Origin: Octopus sinensis
Taxonomy: Eukaryota
Direction: 5' to 3'
Assembly: GCF_006345805.1 (NCBI RefSeq)
Contig: NC_042997.1
Span: 117,428,001-117,492,000 of the forward strand
Length of the DNA stretch: 64,000 bases
Below the pieces are notes generated by a model. That model was given only the letters and a program-made list of their open reading frames with translations, searched no databases and was not told where the DNA came from. A program made the translations under genes and the position numbers. Of the stretch, positions 1-11,711 are shown in pieces. How positions within the stretch are numbered: the first letter of the stretch is position 1; each line of letters opens with the position of its first letter.

Positions 1-1
1 A

Positions 2-55
2 GAACTTGATAAAGATGATACGCCGAATGATGGAAAAGACGATATATCTCTCTAA
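2..55 (+). CDS. Possible C-terminal end of an upstream plus-strand gene (ELDKDDTPNDGKDDISL*)
   Basis: Open frame from the window edge to TAA at 53-55; AATAAA near 487. No homology recognised. Confidence 0.3.
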   Translation, partial: ELDKDDTPNDGKDDISL

Positions 56-109
56 GGGAAGAGAATAATCCTGAATATTTTCATTGATTCGCCTCAATTT
101 CAATAATGA

Positions 110-388
110 TTGATTATATATATATTCATTCAAATACATGTGTATATATATACATATATTCATATATGTATATATATACACATATATACTTATATTCATA
201 TACAAATATTCGTTTATATACATATATACATACATATATACTATATATATATATATACATTTTTATATATGTGTATATATACATTTATATGTATATATAT
301 ATATATACATATATTCATATATATATATATATATATATGTATGTATATATATATATATATACATTTTTATATATGTGTATATATACAT

Positions 389-419
<31 letters not shown>

Positions 420-460
420 CATATTCATATATACTATATATATATATATTATATATATGA
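110..460. repeat. Degenerate (TA)n microsatellite
   Basis: Direct reading; accounts for the YIYI-type ORFs. Confidence 0.95.
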
Positions 461-2328
461 AAAACTGAGATAATACACAACCAGTCAATAAAAATAGCAA
501 CTAAATTTGTTTTTAATTGCATTTATGTGGAATTAATTTGAACAATTCAGTAATCTATTTTTTAACCAAATTTTCTTCAAATATCCAATGAGAACTCTTT
601 CAGATGCTTGTTAATTGTTAATGATTAGAGACAGAACAAGGAGAAAGATTTATAGGCAGACAATCTGAAGAAGTTTTAATTTACAGTTTACGTAACTTCC
701 TCTATTCTTTCAAGTATAACCTCATTCTGGTACGCCTTGTCTCAAATTATATTTTGTTGTGAATTTTGTGTGCACGAATGTGTAAAAGAGGATATATTGA
801 ACGTAAGAGAAAGCTCGAATGTGAGTGATATTCACTCAACAATTTGTTATACATGAACTATATATCCGATATTGTTAAAATTCCTTTACTCGAGAGTTAA
901 ATTTGGCCTTTGTTATTGGATATAACATTGTATGCTGAGATTTGTAAACACAACATTACGTCTAATTTTGGAATGGCGGATGTAGTTCTTGTTGCATAGT
1001 GCCACAGACAAACAACCACAACTTTAGTCCACCGGAAAGATAGGATTCCTCGCTATTAAAATTAGTTCTGAGTTACAACGTCGTCTTCGTGTTAAAGAAA
1101 AATCTGTTATGTCTTTCAGTATCTTGCCAATCCTGTCTACACAACTTTAGGTATTGATTATGTTTAAAACAGACATGCTTTCATTTGAGAAAGATTAATT
1201 TTGGGATCAAATCTAGTTCCAAAAAAAAAAGAAAAAAAAGGAACTTATATACAAATGTCAACAAAATTTTGGAAGAAATCGTTAGTTATTTACCCGAAAC
1301 TTGGAGATGAATATAATTGTTTATACGATGTATGACTGGATACTTATATTCCAACGTTCTAGATTTCTGCTTCTACTTCATTTGTCCGCAGTATAATATA
1401 AAGCAATGTCAATGTTTAACCTCTATGATTTTGGAAGCTTCATTTTGCCTAAAATGAGAAAATATAAAAGTACATATATATATTATACATATATTATATA
1501 TATATATTATATATATATTATAGCAATGCTAAATGCAACCTAAAGATTCTATATAGGTAACTTTAAAGACTAATTTTGTTCACTGCCTCGATACGTCTTC
1601 TGAAAGTTCAGTTTTGTCACTTGTCTGGTATAGTTGTGTAACATTTATCTACAAAAGAGCTTGCATCAACAAACGCACATGTTTAAACACACATATATGT
1701 ATTTAAACACATACATATATCTATGAACATAACTATTTATACATAAATATACGTACAAAATCTACTATTGCATTCGTACATGCAAATCTATTAATGCATG
1801 GTTTAATGCAAATAATTCTTTTTTTTATTTTTCAAGTTTTTTTTTTTTTTTTAGAAAATAAAGGAAGGGTGAAGAAAGTAGAGAAAAAAGTGTGGAATTT
1901 CTAGTGTAAAAAGTAATAAAATTTTTATTAATATCGATATTGGTCTTGTTTGTTTATTCATAAAGCGTTGACTATTTTGTACGGGTGAGTTGACAATTGT
2001 CTGACGGTTTACGGGAGGAGCTAAGAGTTTGCGGTTTGCCGAGATATACGAGTGTGTCTACAATGTGTGGGTGTATGTATATATACGTTCGTGGGAGGGT
2101 TGGGACGGTGAAGTAATCGTTTTGCTAATGTCTTGTATTGTGTGCCTGTTTGAAGTCTAAGGTTTTCGTAATTATCTTCCGTCGTATAAGTGTCTGTAAC
2201 AAAGTACTGACTATTGCCCAGTGTGTCTGTGTGTGTGCACGAGTGTTATCAATTAAAATGCTGACCATTGTCGGAGGGGGGATGCGTGTGTGTGTGTGTG
2301 TGTGTGTGTTTTAGTACGAAGTAAAATA

Positions 2329-2651
2329 TTTATTGCCTACAGGAGGCTAAACATAGAAGGGACAAACAAGGACAGACAAACCGTCGATTATCGATCTGAA
2401 ATGGTGAAAGGCAAAGCCGACCTCGGCGGAATTTGAACTCAGAACGTAGCGGCAGACGAAATACCTATTTCTTTACTACCCACAAGGGGCTAAACACAGA
2501 GAGGACAAACAAGGACAGACAAACGGATTACCCCGAAAGGATGAAAGGCAAAGTCGACATCGGCGAAATTTGAACTCAGAACGTAGCAGCAGACGAAATA
2601 CTGCTAAGCATTTCGCCCGGCGTGCTAACGTTTCTGCCAGCTCACTGCCTT
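2329..2651 (-). mobile_element. Dimeric tRNA-derived SINE (family A) with 14-bp TSD
   Basis: Head ggcagtgagctggcagaaacgttagc and B-box-like gagttcaaat on minus; TSD tacgaagtaaaata at 2315-2328 and 2652-2665. Confidence 0.85.
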
Positions 2652-2659
2652 TACGAAGT

Positions 2660-3109
2660 AAAATAATTTTGAAAATTTTCGTCAAAAATATTTGAAAAAT
2701 TTTTGAAATATTTTGGGGGAAAATTTTCAAAATATTTTTGAAAAATTTTGGAGGAAAATTTTCAAAAGTTTTTGAGGAAAATTTTCAAAAAATTTTTCAA
2801 AAATTTGTGGTGAAAATTATCTTAAAAATTTTCAAAAAATATTTGAGAAACTTTTCAAAAATTTGAAGAAAATTTTCAAAAAATATTTCAAAAATTCTTC
2901 AAAACTTTTGGGGGAAAATTTTCGAAAAATTTTCAAAAATTTTTGGCGAGAATTTTCAAAAAATTTTTCAAAAGTTGTTTGGGAAAATTTTCAAAAAAGT
3001 TTTCAAAATATTTCTCTAAAATCTTTGGGGAAAATTTTCAAAACTTTTTGATGAAAATTTTCAAAAAGTTTTTGAAAAATTTTTAGAAAATTTTTGAAAA
3101 ATTTGGGGG
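2660..3109. repeat. A/T-tract low-complexity array (aaaattttcaaaaatttttg variants)
   Basis: Direct reading; the same motif recurs at 5581-5662. Confidence 0.9.
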
Positions 3110-3530
3110 GAACTCGCCGCTTCGTTTCTCGTCGATAACACACGGACACACACACTCGTGGTCTTCATCGATAACTACTCAGACTTACTCCCTGCCGACC
3201 GACCGGCCGCACTCGTGTTCGATACCGAGAACTCGCCGCTTCGTGTCACGTCGATAACACACGGACACACACACTCGTGGTCTTCGTCTATAACGTCGTA
3301 TACTACTCACACTTACTCCCCGCCGACCGACCGGCCGGCCGCACTCGTGCTCGATACCGAGAACTCACCGCTTCGTGTCTCGTCGATAACACACGGACAC
3401 ACTCACTCGTGGTCTTCATCGATAACGTTGTATACTACTCAGACTTACTCCCTGCCGACCAACCAGCCGCACTCGTGCTCGATACCGAGAACTCGCCGCT
3501 TCGCGCCTCGTCGATAACACACGGACACAT
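3110..3530. repeat. GC-rich tandem repeat, 119-132 bp unit, about 3.3 copies (possibly rDNA spacer-like)
   Basis: Units start with gaactc at 3110, 3229, 3361 and 3489; a diverged partial copy lies at 5141-5208. Confidence 0.85.
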
Positions 3531-4558
3531 GCGCCTTGAGGTTGAGACGCTTTTGGAAAACAACTCCATGGCTGAAACGATTAAGTTGAACTTAAAGGAG
3601 GCGCAAAACCAACCCCACCGAATAGAGCAAGCTGAACCACTACCCCAACCACCTAGTAAACCCTCCGGCCCACTAATTCGACTCCTAACAGCAGACCGCG
3701 ACAGTGACCGCCCGACAGTGACTTCACCCAAGGGTGAGGCCTGGCAACGCATCCACCTGCCGAGTAAAACCCAGCGGAAAAACCACTGGGTCTCGACAGG
3801 TTACAGCATACCAGACCGCCCTGCTAGTGTACTCAAGCCTAAGCACAACCAGCCAGGTCCCAAGATGGTCATCAAAGCAAGGCAAGGCCTGTCAGTGCAT
3901 CCACCCAGATCAGCAGTGGTTTTTCGATAGCACCACTGGCTGGGGTCATAAAAGACAGGCCCCTTCACTCGGGCCCGATAGGGATCCGGTGCTCCCCCTC
4001 CCCCCATGAACCACCCAAGACACCCCAGACTCTCCAACAAACCAAACAAAACAATATAAAGACCCTTCCAGCGACCCCTCAGGTACCCCCGAAGTATTGC
4101 AGGAGAGGGCCCTACCGACACCTAAAGTTCCCAGGTGGGAACCATCCACGACCTACCATCAGAAGACGAAGAACCAAGCCGGGCCAGCCACTAAATGGCC
4201 AGCATGGGACTACAAGGGGCAGGCCAGCGGCCGCCTACCCACCCTAGCGGGGAGGCTCACACTCCTAATCAGGATCACCCATGTTCCACATGGTCCCCAC
4301 CAAATTACTTGGCACCGCTTTGGGGAAGAAGGACACGTTTAGTTTGTCCAATGTGAGGGCTTCGTCCGGCATCGCCCCCACACGGACGTAAGCTCTTTCA
4401 TTACGCCAAGGTAGTGCCCATAAGGGTGAAGTCTGGCAGTGCATCCACCTGCCGAGTAAAAAACAGTGGACGAGCTACTGAGTCCCGGCAGGTCATAACA
4501 TACCAGACCTACCAGTTGGTGAATCCACCTCACAGAGGTCATAACCAACAGGCCCAAC
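3531..4558 (-). mobile_element. Non-coding ~1 kb sequence joined to 28S at the R2 target site (candidate R2-like or non-autonomous element)
   Basis: Begins immediately after 28S ...ATGACTCTC, where TTAAGGTAGCC is expected; internally repeated hairpin motifs; no recognisable ORF. Confidence 0.45.
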
Positions 4559-4611
4559 GAGAGTCATTGTCACTCCCGCCGTTTACCCGCGCTTGGTTGA
4601 ATTTCTTCACT

Positions 4612-4643
<32 letters not shown>

Positions 4644-4730
4644 CGCGTCTGTGCGGCTCGGCCGGCTACGCGATGCTCTGTTTTAATTAGACAGTCGGAT
4701 TCCCCCGGTTCGTACCAGTTCCGAGTCGAC
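4559..4730 (-). rRNA. 28S rRNA fragment (conserved core up to helix 69), orphan copy
   Basis: Minus strand reads GGAATCCGACTGTCTAATTAAAAC...GTGATTTCTGCCCAGTGCTCTGAATGTCAAAGTGAAGAAATTCAACCAAGCGCGGGTAAACGGCGGGAG, matching the universal eukaryotic LSU core. Confidence 0.93.
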
Positions 4731-5140
4731 CGTTCGCCGCCAGCCGAACGCCTGCCGCGCGTCGCGGTGCACGGCGACCGACCCCAATGCGAGGAGGGGC
4801 CGGGCCGCACGCACACCGACGCAACGGCGAGCCCGAAGCCGTGTCACTCCACGGCGTCCCGGGTGTGGAGCCGTTTTGTTCGCGCCCACTACGCCCCGGG
4901 CGCCCCGTATGAAACTGCGCCGCCATACGACGGCCCGACGATGCGCCGGGAGGCGCGGAGCGCCGACGCACGAGAAGGCCGCGCGCGCATGTCCGGCAGC
5001 GGCGGCGTCCGCCACGTGCGCGCTTTCCGGTCCAGAGTCCGGAGGCGGCGGCGACGCGACGGAACGCTACAGCGGAGGAGAGTACGTGCGCGTAGAAGCC
5101 GACTTGCGTTGACCGAAGGCGCGACCGCACACCGGCTAAT
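4731..5140 (-). rRNA. Probable 28S expansion segment (D8/ES27L), GC-rich
   Basis: Lies directly 5' of the AACTGG...GGAATCCGACTG block, where D8 sits; very GC/CpG-rich. The conserved block upstream of D8 was not found. Confidence 0.55.
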
Positions 5141-5749
5141 CAGACTTTCTCCCCGCCGACCGACCGGCGCATTCGTGCTCGATACCCTGCCCACAACCGA
5201 GAACTCGCCAGAACAGAACGGGTCGGTACACGATGTTTCCGTTACTTCAGGTTCCCCAGCATAAACGGACGACCCAGTGTACGCGCGCAGTAGGAGGTGG
5301 CGTTTCTTCTTCTTCTCACTTAAACGAACCTGCAACGGAGCGCATAACGATGCGCGCTCGATTCTGGGGGTAAGACGACGAAGACGATTACGACGACGAC
5401 GGCTAAGTCGTTCACCGCCGCAAACACTTCGTCGTCACCCGACCAGCGCGATCAACGTGACACGTCGTCGTCTCCCTCGCGAGACGCTTCGAAGCATCAT
5501 TCCCGAGTCGGGTCCGCGCGTTCGCGACCGCTCCGCACGTTTCTTCTGGAGCGCGCGCGTCGTCACGTTCCCGCTCCGGCTCAAAAATTTTTGGAGAAAT
5601 TTTCAAAAAAATGTTCAAAAATTTTGGGGGAAAATTTTTAAAAAATTTTTCAAAAATTTTTGAATCGCTGTTGTTTTCCATAATTAGACAATACCCCCAC
5701 CTTTTTGACACAATTCAATGATGTAAGCGATCTCTGAGACAATGTGATG

Positions 5750-5920
5750 TTTTGACCATATTGTGTGTGTCCTTTTAATTAATTTCTTTTTAACTAAACA
5801 CTTTCAAACTTCCGTTACTGGTAGAATGTGTTACATAGAACATGGATTACTCTTAACGTTTTGGTTAAAATTTTGTACTTTAGTAGTTATTTCGTCTGAA
5901 GTTACAGAGTGACAATGGAC
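5750..5920 (+). mobile_element. Diverged fragment of the TIR arm of the 21543-22280 MITE family
   Basis: Shares taactaaacactttcaaacttc...actggtagaatgtgt with 21588-21630. Confidence 0.6.
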
Positions 5921-6002
5921 AAATTCGTGTTTGATAAGTGCCAATACACGAAACTCTTAGTTTTTGACTTACTCTCTAACTTCTGCAGATGATATATATA
6001 CA

Positions 6003-6420
6003 TCTCTCTATATATAAAACTGAGAATGTGTGTCTTCTGTCTGCCTGTCTGTGTGTTTCCCTAATACTTGAGAACTACACAACCAATTTTATTCAAATTT
6101 TACACATGCCTTACTTAGGGTCCGGGAGTGTCATCGGCAAATTTTTTTATAACTTTTTGCCTAGGGCGAGCACACAGCAATATCATATCTTCTCCACTAC
6201 GATTACCTAAAACTTGAGAACTACACAACCAATTTCATTCAAATGTTACACATGCCTTACTTAGAGTCCATGTAGTTTCATGGGCAAAAAAAATGTTCAA
6301 CTTCTTGCCTAGAGCGAGCCCATAGCAATATCATATCTTCTCCACAATTTCAGTATTACGTGTTAAAAGTGAAACAAAAACATTTCTCTATTTTATGTCA
6401 GATACTTTCACTTTAACAAT
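6003..6420 (+). mobile_element. Helitron 5' end (A|TC start), same family as the 17977 end
   Basis: a|tctctctatatataaaactgagaatgtg; homologous to the reverse complement of 17700-17977; internal duplication 6065-6200 vs 6210-6345. Confidence 0.7.
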
Positions 6421-6927
6421 AAAAATTAGAGATAATAATAATTGAATTATATGTAGTAAGTAATAATTAAAATCAAACTAAAGTATAATATAATCGTAAC
6501 ATAACAAAAGTAAAAATAGCAATTAGTATAAAATTGCATCAATGACTTGAACTTGAATAAGTGAGTTCACATGAATGGAAATAAATTAAAAATAAAATTA
6601 GCGTGCAGAAATGGAATAGTCCAGATGGATAATAAAAAATTAAATTAAAGAAAAGACTATTGTCTATAAAGTATACAATGTAGAGAAAAAAAGATTTAAC
6701 ACCTGTCCGAAATCATTTTTTGCGTTATTAGTAAGTTGATATATATTTTTGCTCTCGTACTATTTCTCTGTTATTATATACTGTTGGTCTACCTGTTTTT
6801 GTCTATTGTTGTCTAACGGACGAAGTCAGCCTTCGCGCGAAGACTTCGCGTTGGTGTCCCCCCTCAGTGGGGGAAAACTACAATTAATTTGGATTCACCA
6901 AAGGCTTGTTATAAGCCATTGTTCAAG

Positions 6928-8310
6928 ATGGAGTCCCCCATCACTTATCCGCCCGTGACGAGCGAGGATGAATACCCGCGTTGTCGCCAAGTAAAAAGAG
7001 GCGTTGTCGCCAAGAAAAAAGAGGCGCTGTCGCCGAAGAAAAAAGAGGCGGAGTCGCCCAAGAAAATGGAAAAAAACCAGTACCAGCATCAACTCCAGCA
7101 AAAAAATTCGCTGAAGTGGCTGGGAAAAAGATCAAAAAAATAAATATAGACAATTTTAAAAAATTTGCAGACTGCGTAAAAAAAGAAGGCACAGAAGTGA
7201 CTGTGGCCACAAACATACAAATACATGACGATATAGAGAAAAAAAGAATAATATATAAAACTTACGACACAACGAAAAAAATGATCCAAAAAATCGAAGA
7301 AAAAAAAATAGAGTCTTGTCTAAAACCTTTTATGAACAAAATAACGTATATAAACAGAGGAAAAAGATACGGCACAGTGGAGGTGCGTTTTACTACGGAG
7401 GATATAGCGAAGAAACTATCGATAGAGCCGATCAAAGCGGAAAACATTGTCTTACTACCATTGTATAAAGGAAAAAGGACGTCAAAAATTTCAATGAACA
7501 ACATACCGCCAGAGGCAGATGCTGAATGTCTGGTGGCAGCAGTGATGGTAGGTCTGGAGGAAAAAATAAACATCCTCCAGGCCACAGTGGAGGAAGAGGA
7601 TTTTTGGAAAGGCCAAAAAATAGTGATAGCCATTCAGGCGGAGGTGCAAACACTGGAAGAAATTCCAGAAACGGTAAAGATTAGTGAAGACGAGAAAATA
7701 ACAGTGTTCGTGGAGGGCAGGAAACCGAGGTGCTTCGGCTGCGGCAAGAAGGGGCATGTAAGGGCGGAATGCCAACCCCAACCCAAACCGCAGGAAGCAC
7801 CTAAGCCAAAAGAAAAAGAAGACAATGTGTCACCAGAAGCAGCGTCAGACGGCCCAGAAGGGAAGACTGAAGGTGTGGAGGTGACGGTGACAGCAGAACC
7901 AGCGGCGGAAAAAAAAAAAAAAGAGCGAGGAAAAGATAAATGAGGAGGGGTGGGAAAAAATTATCGGGAAAAAAAAAAGAAAAACGGAAACCTCCCCTCC
8001 CAGAGTAATTTTAAAAAAGAAAAAAGAGTCAATGAACGCATATATGGCCGTAAAAGCATCAAATAGCAGACTCGGAAATGTGTTGGCAGCCATGGCCAAA
8101 GTAGAGAAAGTAGAAAAAAAAAATGACTTGGTAATTTACAGAATAGACCGGAGGGATTACGGGCGGATAAAGTCAGAATTCTTCCATGACGTAGGCCCAC
8201 TTAGGTTGGATGTAACATCCCCACATATATTCGAGGGCCTACGTCAGACTCCCCCACGAGGCCCAGAAAAAGAGTTTAAAGAACAAGAGAAAACCGAACC
8301 ACTGATATAA
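6928..8310 (+). CDS. LINE ORF1 (gag-like, CX2CX4HX4C), two frameshifts in A-runs
   Basis: RCFGCGKKGHVRAEC; frames join across poly-A at about 7070 and about 7910-7980. Confidence 0.8.
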
Positions 8311-8318
8311 GGTAAGCA

Positions 8319-11300
8319 ATGGATTACATTTATGTTGGTTGTTTGAATGTGCGCGGCCTGGGAGCAGGCTGGAAGCAAGGTCGCTTCCTGCATGACATCA
8401 GGTCGCGTAATTTAGATGTTATTGTTGCTACAGAAACCCGGTTAGAGGGGCCAAGAGGTCTACTCCCGCTGTTTGACGGCTACGAGAGTTTTTTCTCTCC
8501 TGGCAGTCCTACAGGCGGGAGTGGGGTGTTGGTCCTATTAAAAAGAAACCGGGTTTCTGAGAAAAAGTTAATTTTTGCAGATCCAGAAGGTAGGCTGGTC
8601 GTCATGGATTTGACGTTCAGTAATGGTAAAGTTATCAGACTGGTTGCAATTTACGCACCCAACCATACAGGGCAAAGTGATTATTTTCGTGAACTAGAAA
8701 ACTTTCTTGGTACTTCGCATTCATTAGTGGTGCTAGGAGACTTTAACACAATTTGCAAAACGGATGTAGATTATGTTGGCTCGTGTCCAGATAGAAAAGG
8801 CAACAGTGGCTTCATGGAACTGCTAAGCCGCTTTGAGCTAGCAGATCCTTATAGGCTGGAATTTCCGAACGCTCCATTGTGGACATGGTCAAACAGCGAC
8901 GGATCTTCCAGGTCATATTTAGATAGAATACTAATTAGAAAAGTAGACAGTAAAATAGCTAAGTGTCCACAGTTTTACCCGATCAGCTACAGTGATCATA
9001 AAATGGTCACTTGTAAGCTTGACATAGATAAGGTTAAAAATAGAGGATCCGGTTACTGGAAACTTAATACGTCCCTTTTGGCGATTAAGGAGTACAAAGA
9101 CCGGATTAGGAATATAATTCAGAGGGCACTATCTGGTACCATCATTAATAACAAATGGTGGTACGCCCTCAAACGAGCCATCAAGTTTGAGTCTATTAGA
9201 TATAGCATAGGAGTAGTGGCTAGAGAGGCTAGAAGGGAAACTACTCTAGTTAAGGAATTAGAGGAAGCCATGAAAACTGGCTCTGCGGCTCAGGTGGCGT
9301 CCAAGAGACTGGTGTTAAACCAGCACCTCGAGGCCAAACACATGGGCTGCATTGTCAGGGCTAGAATCCGCCATATGGGATGTGAAGGAATCAACACCGT
9401 GAGATGGGCCCGAGTGGTGGAAGCTCAGCATGGTAACGATGCCACGATTCGATCTTTGACGAACCAACAAGGTGAGTTGATAAACGAACCCGAGGAGATG
9501 TGTGAGGCCTTTCAGGAGCACTTCGCTCAGCTTTTCGGTGAGTGCGGCGGACTGGATAGGAGGAGGGCCTTTACGGACCTACTCGACGGTCTGCCGCGCT
9601 TATCGGGGCGAGATGCGGAGGGCTGTGAAGGGCCAATCACGCCTGGGGAGGTGTTTGAGGCAATGGCGGACTGCGGCGCGGGCAAGGCGCCGGGTTTGGA
9701 TGGTCTACCCTATGAGTTATATAAGAGTATGCCAGACTTGTTCGGGCACCTACTGGCGGAGGTCTATGCGAACTGGCAGCAGAACGGGCTTATACCCAGA
9801 TCTGTGCGCCGGGGAGTAGTGACTCTCGTCAGAAAGGACCCGAGCAAGGGGGAGTGCATTGATAATTTCAGGCCCATCACTCTGCTAAACACAGAGTTGA
9901 AGATTTTGGCCAAAGTGTTATCGAAAAGATTGGCGCGTGTCGCGGATGGTCTGATCGGAGAGGCACAGACATGTGCCGTTCCGGGCAGATCCATTCAGGA
10001 TAATCTCCATCTAATGCGGTACACTATAGAGGGGTTTAATAGTGATTCTGGCAAGGGCGGGGCACTGGTCCATTTAGACCAATCTAAAGCTTTTGATAGG
10101 GTCGACCATCGTTACCTGGTATCTGCCCTGGCACAGTTCGGGCTGAGCCTTGGCTTCCTCAGGTGGATTATCCAAATTTATGATAACATCGACTCGGTAG
10201 TTCGGGTGAACGGCTTCTTGTCGAAGCCGTTCAAAATCAAACGCTCGGTTCGTCAAGGGTGTCCGCTCTCCCCGCTTTTGTACGTGATGGCTCTTGAGCC
10301 ATTACTGCGAAAACTGAGCGGCATCCCGAGACAGCCAGGTAATGGAAAATCAGTGTCAGCGTACGCGGATGACATCACCATCATCGTAACCGAAATGGAC
10401 CACCTATGTAAAGTAGGCAAGGCCATAGAGGTTTACGAGACGGTGACAGGAGCAAAAGTTAATCGCGAAAAGTCAGTCGGCTTGCAACTCGGCACCTGGA
10501 GAGGCAAGTCGATGCCTCCTGACAGCGTCGTGGGACGTTGGACGGAGGGTCCGATTAAACTGCTAGGGGTCTGGTTCGGTCCAGACCTCCAAATAGAGAA
10601 GAATTGGGGCGAGGTAACGAGCAAGGTGGCTGCAGTAGCCAAGACCTGGTCTTGGCGGTGGCTATCCCTGAAAGGGAGGGCGGAGGTGGCCAATGTGTTT
10701 ATCGCATCGGTTATCACCTACCGCCTTTCCGTCGTTCCTTGCCCTGATTCGTGGTTGATCAAGTTGGAAAGACAGCTCTTCTACTTCTTGTGGAAGGGCG
10801 GGAAACCACTTGTGAAACGCTCTACTTGCTGTCAACAACCGTTAAAGGTGGGCTAGGGATGCCTTGGCTGATGATGCGCAGACATGCGCTGAGGTTAAGA
10901 CATCTGTGGCTCTACCTGGATGGTGAACGGGTGTGGTCTTCGCTAGCAAAACTGATGTTTCCCAAGTTCACTAGTTTCGGTGGATGGGAAACCTGGCTGA
11001 ATCGTAGATCGAAACTTGGTACTTGGTACACGGAGTGTCGCAAGGCTCTCCTGCTATTCCGTCGCTCGGGCAACGCCTGCGGTGGGGGTTCCACCACATT
11101 CTCTATAGAGGGTTGGTAGAGGCGGAATGTGAAGATACCTTGGGGGAAACCCTAGGTCTCGACGATAATCAGCTGGCCAGTCTGTTCCGACGTACGTTCG
11201 AGCCGAGGACACTGGACAACTTCCAGAAGTCTCTGGCATGGCAATGCTACAGAGGAGCTCTACCTGTTCGGGATAAACTCGCAAGGCACGGTGGCCAAGA

Positions 11301-11711
11301 CAGTCCGATATGTCCAAGATGCGGGCGGGATAGGGAAACCGTCCCGCACGCTATTGTTCATTGTCCGGACGTGTCTGAGGTGTGGGTTTATGCCGAACAC
11401 CTGTTGTCAGGTACACGAAGAGTACAGCTGTCGACTGAGTCGATTACAAAAATTGACCACCGGATTTCCTCGTGAATGAAGGTAAGTTTCGTTTTCTCGT
11501 TGTAGTAGCAATTGCGAAAGAGGTGATATGGAAGACGAGAATGAAAGGTTTACAGTCAGGCAAGTTCATCTCCGGCCCTGGTTTGATGAATTATTTCATC
11601 TTTCACCTGAAAAGGAAGATAGGGCTGGAGAGAATATGCCTGACTAGGAGAGTGTATGAAGAACGATGGAAGGATGTAGCACGAAAGTTGCGAGTGAAAG
11701 ATACAACATAA
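8319..11711 (+). CDS. LINE ORF2: AP endonuclease, reverse transcriptase, C-terminal CCHC; three apparent single-base frameshifts
   Basis: CLNVRGL, ATETRL, LGDFN, YLDRILI, SDHKMV; PGLDG, FRPITLLN, DQSKAFDRV, RQGCPLSP, YADD; CPRCGRDRETVPHAIVHC. Frame changes near 10850, 11100 and 11460. Confidence 0.95.

Noticed and set aside
106-500. YIYI/VCVC/poly-L,T,Q ORFs here and throughout the ORF track
   Set aside because: Translations of microsatellites.
3277-3930. 217-aa plus-strand ORF
   Set aside because: Runs out of a tandem repeat into the antisense of the structured insert; no recognisable domain.
4430-4509. SECIS element
   Set aside because: An AUGA/GA core is present, but there is no apical AA, helix II geometry is wrong, and one paralogous copy lacks UGA.
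3531-4558. Group I intron at L1923-L1925
   Set aside because: No downstream exon (TTAAGGTAGCC), weak P1 and no convincing P7 pair.
4200-4580. HDV-like ribozyme expected at an R2 5' end
   Set aside because: No consistent P1/P2/P3/L3/P1.1 arrangement found by eye (ctccccgct near 4250 did not fit); a descriptor search is still needed.
4593-5335. Several 110-223 aa Arg/Ala-rich ORFs
   Set aside because: Artefacts of GC-rich rDNA-derived sequence.
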